Shown here in pieces: positions 62,290-64,000 of a stretch of DNA of 64,000 nt. A model generated the notes under the pieces. That model was given only the letters and a program-made list of their open reading frames with translations, was not told where the DNA came from and did not search any database. The position numbers were made by a program, and so were the translations under genes. Positions within the stretch are counted from its first letter, which is position 1. Every line of letters begins with the position of its first letter. The stretch is from an uncultured delta proteobacterium (lineage in GTDB: Bacteria; Desulfobacterota; Binatia; Binatales; Binataceae): contig CAVXXK010000006.1 in the NCBI GenBank assembly GCA_963765675.1, positions 96,001 through 160,000 of the forward strand. The letters run 5' to 3'.

Positions 62290-63960
62290 ATGGCGGAAAG
62301 CACTTCCACAGCCACTCCGGTTAGAATCGCAGCGCTCGGCGGGTTGGGCGAGATTGGTCTCAACCTGATGGTGATCGAGTGCGCGGGCCGCGGATTGATC
62401 ATCGATTGCGGCGTGATGTTTCCCGAGGAGCCGCTCCTGGGCTCCGGCGTGTATATCCCGGAGCTTGCGTGGCTCGAATCGAGCCGGATCAAGTTCGACG
62501 CAATCGTTCTGACTCACGCGCATGAGGATCATATCGGCGCGCTGCCGCATCTGCTGCGGCGCATCAAGGCGCCAGTCTATGGCACCGGCGTTACGCTCGC
62601 GTTCGTACGGCGCAGGATCGCCGAGGCCGAGTTCACGTGCGAGGCCGAGCTGCGCGCGATCTTTCCGCGCCGTGCGTTCGATCTGGGACCGTTCAATATC
62701 GAACCGATCCGCGTGACGCATTCGACGCCCGACTCGATCGCGCTCGCAATTCGCACGCCCGCCGGAATAATCATCCACACCGGTGATTTCAAGATCGACG
62801 AAACTCCGGTTGACGGCCAGCACTTCGACCGCGAGCGCTTTGCGGAGCTTGGGCAAGAGGGCGTAGCGCTTCTGCTCTCGGACTCGACCAACGTCGAGCG
62901 CATCGGGCGTTCGGGTTCGGAGAGCTCGCTCAAGCCGATTCTGCGCGAGATCGTTTCGCGCACGCGGCGGCGCTTTTTTCTGTCGTCCTTCTCGTCGCAT
63001 CTGCATCGGATTCGCCAGGTCGCCGAGGTCTCGCGCGAATTCGGCCGCCGCGTTGTTCCGCTCGGACGCCGGATGGCCGAGAGCGTTCGCCTTGGCGCGG
63101 AGACCGGCCAGCTCGGCTTCGCACCCGGGATGTTTATCGATCCGGGCGAGGCCGAGTTCCTCGACGCCAACCGCCTCGCCTATCTGGCCAGCGGAAGCCA
63201 GGGCGAGGCGATGTCCGCGCTCGCGCGAATCGCGGCGGGAACGCATCCGAAGGTCGCGCTCGAACCCGGCGACGTCGTGGTGCTTTCGTCGCGCTTCATT
63301 CCGGGCAACGAGCGCACGATCGGCACGCTGATAAATCGCCTGTACAAACTGGGCGCCGAAGTGATGTACGAATCGGTCGCGCCGGTTCATGTCTCCGGCC
63401 ACGCGAGCCGCGATGAGCTGTCCGAGATGATCGCGCTCACGCGGCCCAAAAATTTTGTTCCGATTCACGGCGAGTATCGCCATCTGAGCCGCCACGCCGC
63501 GCTCGCGATCGAAGCTGGAGTGCCCGAGCGCAACTGTTTCGTGCTCGAAGACGGCGAAACGCTGATTCTCGACGGCGCAGGCGCGCATCGCGGCCGCGCG
63601 GTCGAGGCCGGGCGCGTCGTGATCGAAGGCGGAGAGCCCGGCGATCCCGCGCTTCTCGGCGAGCGGAGAATTCTCGCGCGCGACGGCACCGTCACGGCCG
63701 TGCTCGTGGTGTCGGCGAAGACCGGCAAAGTCGTCGCGGGTCCGAACCTGGTCTCGCGCGGTCTCGTCAGCGGCGACGGAACCTCGGAGCACATGCGCCG
63801 CGCGCGCGAGGAGCTTGCCGCGCGCCTGGCGCTCTATCGCGGGCCGATGAGCGCGGGCGAGATCACGCTCAAAGACGAAGTCACCCGCGCCGTGCGCCGC
63901 TACTTCAGCGACGAGCTGGATAAGCGTCCGCTGGTGATTCCGCTGATCGTGGAGGTCTGA
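62290..63960 (+). CDS. rnj: Ribonuclease J
   Basis: [45 protein letters not shown]. Confidence 0.95.
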   Translation: MAESTSTATPVRIAALGGLGEIGLNLMVIECAGRGLIIDCGVMFPEEPLLGSGVYIPELAWLESSRIKFDAIVLTHAHEDHIGALPHLLRRIKAPVYGTGVTLAFVRRRIAEAEFTCEAELRAIFPRRAFDLGPFNIEPIRVTHSTPDSIALAIRTPAGIIIHTGDFKIDETPVDGQHFDRERFAELGQEGVALLLSDSTNVERIGRSGSESSLKPILREIVSRTRRRFFLSSFSSHLHRIRQVAEVSREFGRRVVPLGRRMAESVRLGAETGQLGFAPGMFIDPGEAEFLDANRLAYLASGSQGEAMSALARIAAGTHPKVALEPGDVVVLSSRFIPGNERTIGTLINRLYKLGAEVMYESVAPVHVSGHASRDELSEMIALTRPKNFVPIHGEYRHLSRHAALAIEAGVPERNCFVLEDGETLILDGAGAHRGRAVEAGRVVIEGGEPGDPALLGERRILARDGTVTAVLVVSAKTGKVVAGPNLVSRGLVSGDGTSEHMRRAREELAARLALYRGPMSAGEITLKDEVTRAVRRYFSDELDKRPLVIPLIVEV

Positions 63961-64000
63961 GGCCAATCGCCAGCAAGAGCATCAAGGGTACGCCCGAAAC

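Noticed and set aside
62110-63966. 764-aa SSB fusion ORF
   Set aside because: The extension is antisense to rnj; SSB starts at 62109.

Overview
A GC-rich, gene-dense bacterial chromosome segment. The F420 genes, several SDR/LLM oxidoreductases, three DUF1329 paralogs and a split nuo locus fit Candidatus Binatota or a related deltaproteobacteria-like lineage (inference). From left to right it holds: a PaaA/PaaC-like diiron gene with three SDRs, an ICL/PEP-mutase gene, an imuA-imuB-dnaE2 SOS-mutagenesis cassette, cofG-cofH-cofD-cofE plus a polyprenyl synthase, an LLM oxidoreductase, 2-oxoacid dehydrogenase E1a/E1b/E2, a Zn-ADH, a stand-alone nuoB-nuoF-nuoG, a multi-PAS hybrid kinase, Lhr, acnA, envelope proteins, ilvB, ssb and rnj. 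I saw no tRNA, rRNA, CRISPR array or transposase. The main observation is that imuA, imuB and dnaE2 each carry a homologous, roughly 400-450 bp composite palindromic (REP/MITE-like) element. All three copies are in the same orientation and reading frame, contain no stop codon, and add roughly 130-150 related residues to each subunit. Non-coding relatives of the element sit between genes elsewhere in the window, alongside several other palindromic repeat families. Seven genes each carry one extra base in a C-run next to a G, most likely a sequencing artefact.
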